Assembly: GCA_048938895.1 (NCBI GenBank)
Contig: JBHLLU010000017.1
Location: 1-64,000 of the forward strand
Direction of reading: 5' to 3'
Source of the DNA: Promethearchaeota archaeon
Lineage (GTDB): Archaea; Asgardarchaeota; Lokiarchaeia; Sigyniarchaeales; SOKP01
Length of the DNA: 64,000 nucleotides
The notes below the pieces were generated by a model that ran no database searches, was not told the DNA's origin, and saw only the letters and a program-made list of their open reading frames with translations. A program made the translations under genes and the position numbers. Numbering within the stretch: the stretch's first letter is position 1; each line of letters opens with the position of its first letter. Shown piece by piece: positions 61,530 to 64,000 of the stretch.

Positions 61530-62751
61530 AGAAGAAAAATTCGTTATAACTGTGAAAAGTAACACAAAGGATTTATATGCTTTTACAAAAATGATTTCAG
61601 AAAGAAAAAAAAGAATTGAAAAAGCTTCAAATGAGCCAATTACTTTAGATCCAATAAATGATCTTGCCAGAAGTCTTCATCCAGAACGCCAATTTCTGGT
61701 CATTAAAGGGATTCAAGAAGAAACTATATCCACAAAAACTTTCAGGTTAATACCAGACCCTGATTCTGTTACCAAAGAGTTGGCATACTTTAGAGCTGGA
61801 CAATATCTAAGTTTAAAAGTTGAAGTTAATGGAGTTAAGATTACACGACCTTACTCAATTTCTTCAAGTCCAAAAGATGCACTTGAGGGATTTTATGAAA
61901 TAACTATAAGAAGGGAAGAAGAAGGATTTTTGACTAATTATATCTGGCAAAATTGGAAAATTGGAACAAAAATTGAAAGTTCAGGACCTGAAGGATATTT
62001 TTATTATGAACCTCTTAGAGATTTGAAAAATATTGTAGGAATTGCGGGGGGTTCAGGAATTACACCATTTCGTTCATGGATAAAAAATATAATAGATGAG
62101 GAATCAGAAATTGATTTAATTCTGCTTTATGGCAGTTCAGATGAAGAAGATATTATCTTTTATAAAGAATTCAAAGAATTGGAACAAATAGTTCCGAATC
62201 AAATAAAAATAGTATACATCTTAAGTTGTGAGACAATATCATTAGAGGGATGCGAACAAGGTTTTATTACTTCAGATATAATTGAAAAATATTGTGATGT
62301 GCATAATTCATCTTTTTTTATTTGTGGTCCCCAAATTATGTATAATTTTATTGAAAAAGAATTAGAAAAATTTAACCTTCCTAAGAAAAGAATTAGAAGA
62401 GAAGCTTTTGGGGAGATAAAAGATGTCATTAAATATCCAAATTTCCCACAAGAAGTTGCAGGTAGCACTTTTAAAGTAAAAGTCCAAATAGGCAATAGCA
62501 TTAAAGAGATCCCTGCGATCTCAACTGAATCTATTTTAGTAGCTTTGGAAAGAGCTAATATAGCCCCTCCTTCTAAATGTCGTTCGGGAGAATGCGGATT
62601 CTGTAGGTCACTCCTTTTATCTGGAGAGATATTTGTCAGTCCTATATCGGATTGGCGGCGTGAAGGTGATAAACAGTATAAGTTCTTCCATCCTTGTGCA
62701 TCATATCCTATTTCAGATCTAGAAATCAGTGTGCCAAGGAATGTTTATTAA
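61522..62751 (+). CDS. FNR-type FAD/NAD oxidoreductase with C-terminal 2Fe-2S domain
   Basis: RPYS, AGGSGITP, CGP, CRSGECGFC...C. Confidence 0.88.
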   Translation: MSKEEKFVITVKSNTKDLYAFTKMISERKKRIEKASNEPITLDPINDLARSLHPERQFLVIKGIQEETISTKTFRLIPDPDSVTKELAYFRAGQYLSLKVEVNGVKITRPYSISSSPKDALEGFYEITIRREEEGFLTNYIWQNWKIGTKIESSGPEGYFYYEPLRDLKNIVGIAGGSGITPFRSWIKNIIDEESEIDLILLYGSSDEEDIIFYKEFKELEQIVPNQIKIVYILSCETISLEGCEQGFITSDIIEKYCDVHNSSFFICGPQIMYNFIEKELEKFNLPKKRIRREAFGEIKDVIKYPNFPQEVAGSTFKVKVQIGNSIKEIPAISTESILVALERANIAPPSKCRSGECGFCRSLLLSGEIFVSPISDWRREGDKQYKFFHPCASYPISDLEISVPRNVY

Positions 62752-62835
62752 AACTTAATCCAGTTCTTAATTTTTTTAATCAGATTTGTTTAAAATCAGA
62801 GTCAATACACATTAAAAAAAGAGAAATAAAAGAAA

Positions 62836-64000
62836 TTAATCAGTTTCATATTCAATTCCATATGGGAATTGTTCCATTAAAATATCTCTTAATCTTGGTG
62901 TAATTGGACGTCCTTTTTTATGGATAGCTCGACCGACAATAGCCTCTGCAGCCTCTAACACCATTTCTGAGAGAGTAGGGTGACTATGTACTGTCCCTGT
63001 GATATCCTCAATTGTTAGTCCATTTTGCATTGCCAGCGTAATTTCACCAATCAATTCTGAGGCACCCTCACCAATGCAGGAGGCTCCCACGATTTGAGTT
63101 GTATGTTTATCAGCTAAAATCATTAAAAATCCTTTTTCTCCCATGCATTTTGCCTTTCCTAATGATTCGTAGGAAAATTGACCAACTAACACATCAATTC
63201 CTAATTCTTTTGCTTGATTTCTTCTGAGCCCAACTGAACCAATATTGGGACTTGTAAAAATTGTAGAAGGTATAACTCGATAACTTGCTCTTTTAGGATG
63301 ATTTTTATATATCCCAAGACTAGAAAGGGCATTTGCAACAGCTATATCACCCTCATAGCTCGCAACATGGGCAAGCATAATTCCTCCTGTGACGTCTCCT
63401 ATTGCGTATATTCCTTTTACAGTCGTCTCCAACGTTCCAGGATCAACTTCAATTGCTCCCCTTCTTGTTCCAATTCCTAACTCTTCTAATCCTAAATTAT
63501 TTGACACTTTATTTCTACCAATTGAAACTAAACATAAATCTGCTTCATATACTGTTTTTTCAGCATTTTCAATTTCTTCTCTTGGAACAGAAGCAGAACA
63601 AGTTATCGCCTTTACACCAGATCCTGTATTTTCAACTGATAGTACATTTTGTGAAGTAAATATCTTAATACCCATTGCATCAAATTTTTTTTGCAATTCT
63701 TTTATAATGATTGGCTCTTCTGTAGCAATTGGATTTGGAAGATATTCCAAGAGAGTTACTTCGCTCCCAAAAACAGAAAAGATATTAGCAAACTCACATC
63801 CAATTACTCCTGCTCCGATAATTAATAATCGCTTTGGGATAGTTTTGAAATTTGGGTTTAAAATATCATCGCTAGTTAATACCCTCTCATGATCAACATT
63901 AAAATTTGGAATTAACGCAGGAGTAGAGCCTGTTGCTATAATTATTCTTTTACTAAGAATGGTTTCTTCCTTGGCTTCTCCCTTAATTAAGATTTTAAAA
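62836..64000 (-). CDS. lpdA: Dihydrolipoamide dehydrogenase, C-terminal part (starts beyond the window)
   Basis: Frame continues upstream of the listed ORF through ATGS.P and IGAGVIGCE; AIGD, MLAHVA, HPTLSE. Confidence 0.88.
   Translation of the reverse strand, partial: FKILIKGEAKEETILSKRIIIATGSTPALIPNFNVDHERVLTSDDILNPNFKTIPKRLLIIGAGVIGCEFANIFSVFGSEVTLLEYLPNPIATEEPIIIKELQKKFDAMGIKIFTSQNVLSVENTGSGVKAITCSASVPREEIENAEKTVYEADLCLVSIGRNKVSNNLGLEELGIGTRRGAIEVDPGTLETTVKGIYAIGDVTGGIMLAHVASYEGDIAVANALSSLGIYKNHPKRASYRVIPSTIFTSPNIGSVGLRRNQAKELGIDVLVGQFSYESLGKAKCMGEKGFLMILADKHTTQIVGASCIGEGASELIGEITLAMQNGLTIEDITGTVHSHPTLSEMVLEAAEAIVGRAIHKKGRPITPRLRDILMEQFPYGIEYETD

Noticed and set aside
1341-63892. Short antisense or nested ORFs in the track (e.g. 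1341-1532, 9662-9967, 33381-33689, 39113-39346, 63389-63892)
   Set aside because: They are shadows of well-supported genes and have no motifs of their own.
1-64000. CRISPR arrays, rRNA genes, transposases
   Set aside because: No regularly spaced repeats, long GC-rich RNA genes or transposase-like ORFs were seen.

Overview
AT-rich archaeal chromosome segment. Gene content points to an Asgard archaeon, most likely Lokiarchaeia (inference): CdhD, a FwdF-like polyferredoxin, Cdc48, archaemetzincin, Loki-CTERM-like surface proteins, a TPR-longin-like protein and many PAS/GAF kinases. Most genes are metabolic or regulatory: panB, dapF/lysA/dapB/dapA, a corrinoid methyltransferase pair, an hsp20-cdc48-ArsR operon, two flavoprotein disulfide reductases and an orphan adenine methyltransferase. 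The main discovery is that the Wood-Ljungdahl gene cdhD, which the ORF track splits in two, is interrupted by a 30-nt stop-containing insertion (20988-21017, minus strand). It folds into a bulge-helix-bulge (BHB) motif whose canonical cut sites restore the reading frame exactly, making it a candidate endonuclease-spliced mRNA intron. A tRNA-Pro(UGG) in the same window has two similar BHB introns at non-canonical positions. Other signals: a K-turn-rich ncRNA (C/D-box or SECIS-like), two ~130-bp orphan gene-tail copies with mostly synonymous divergence, an unannotated zinc-finger microprotein, and probable ATT/ATA start codons. All structures and alignments were worked out by eye; no database searches were run.
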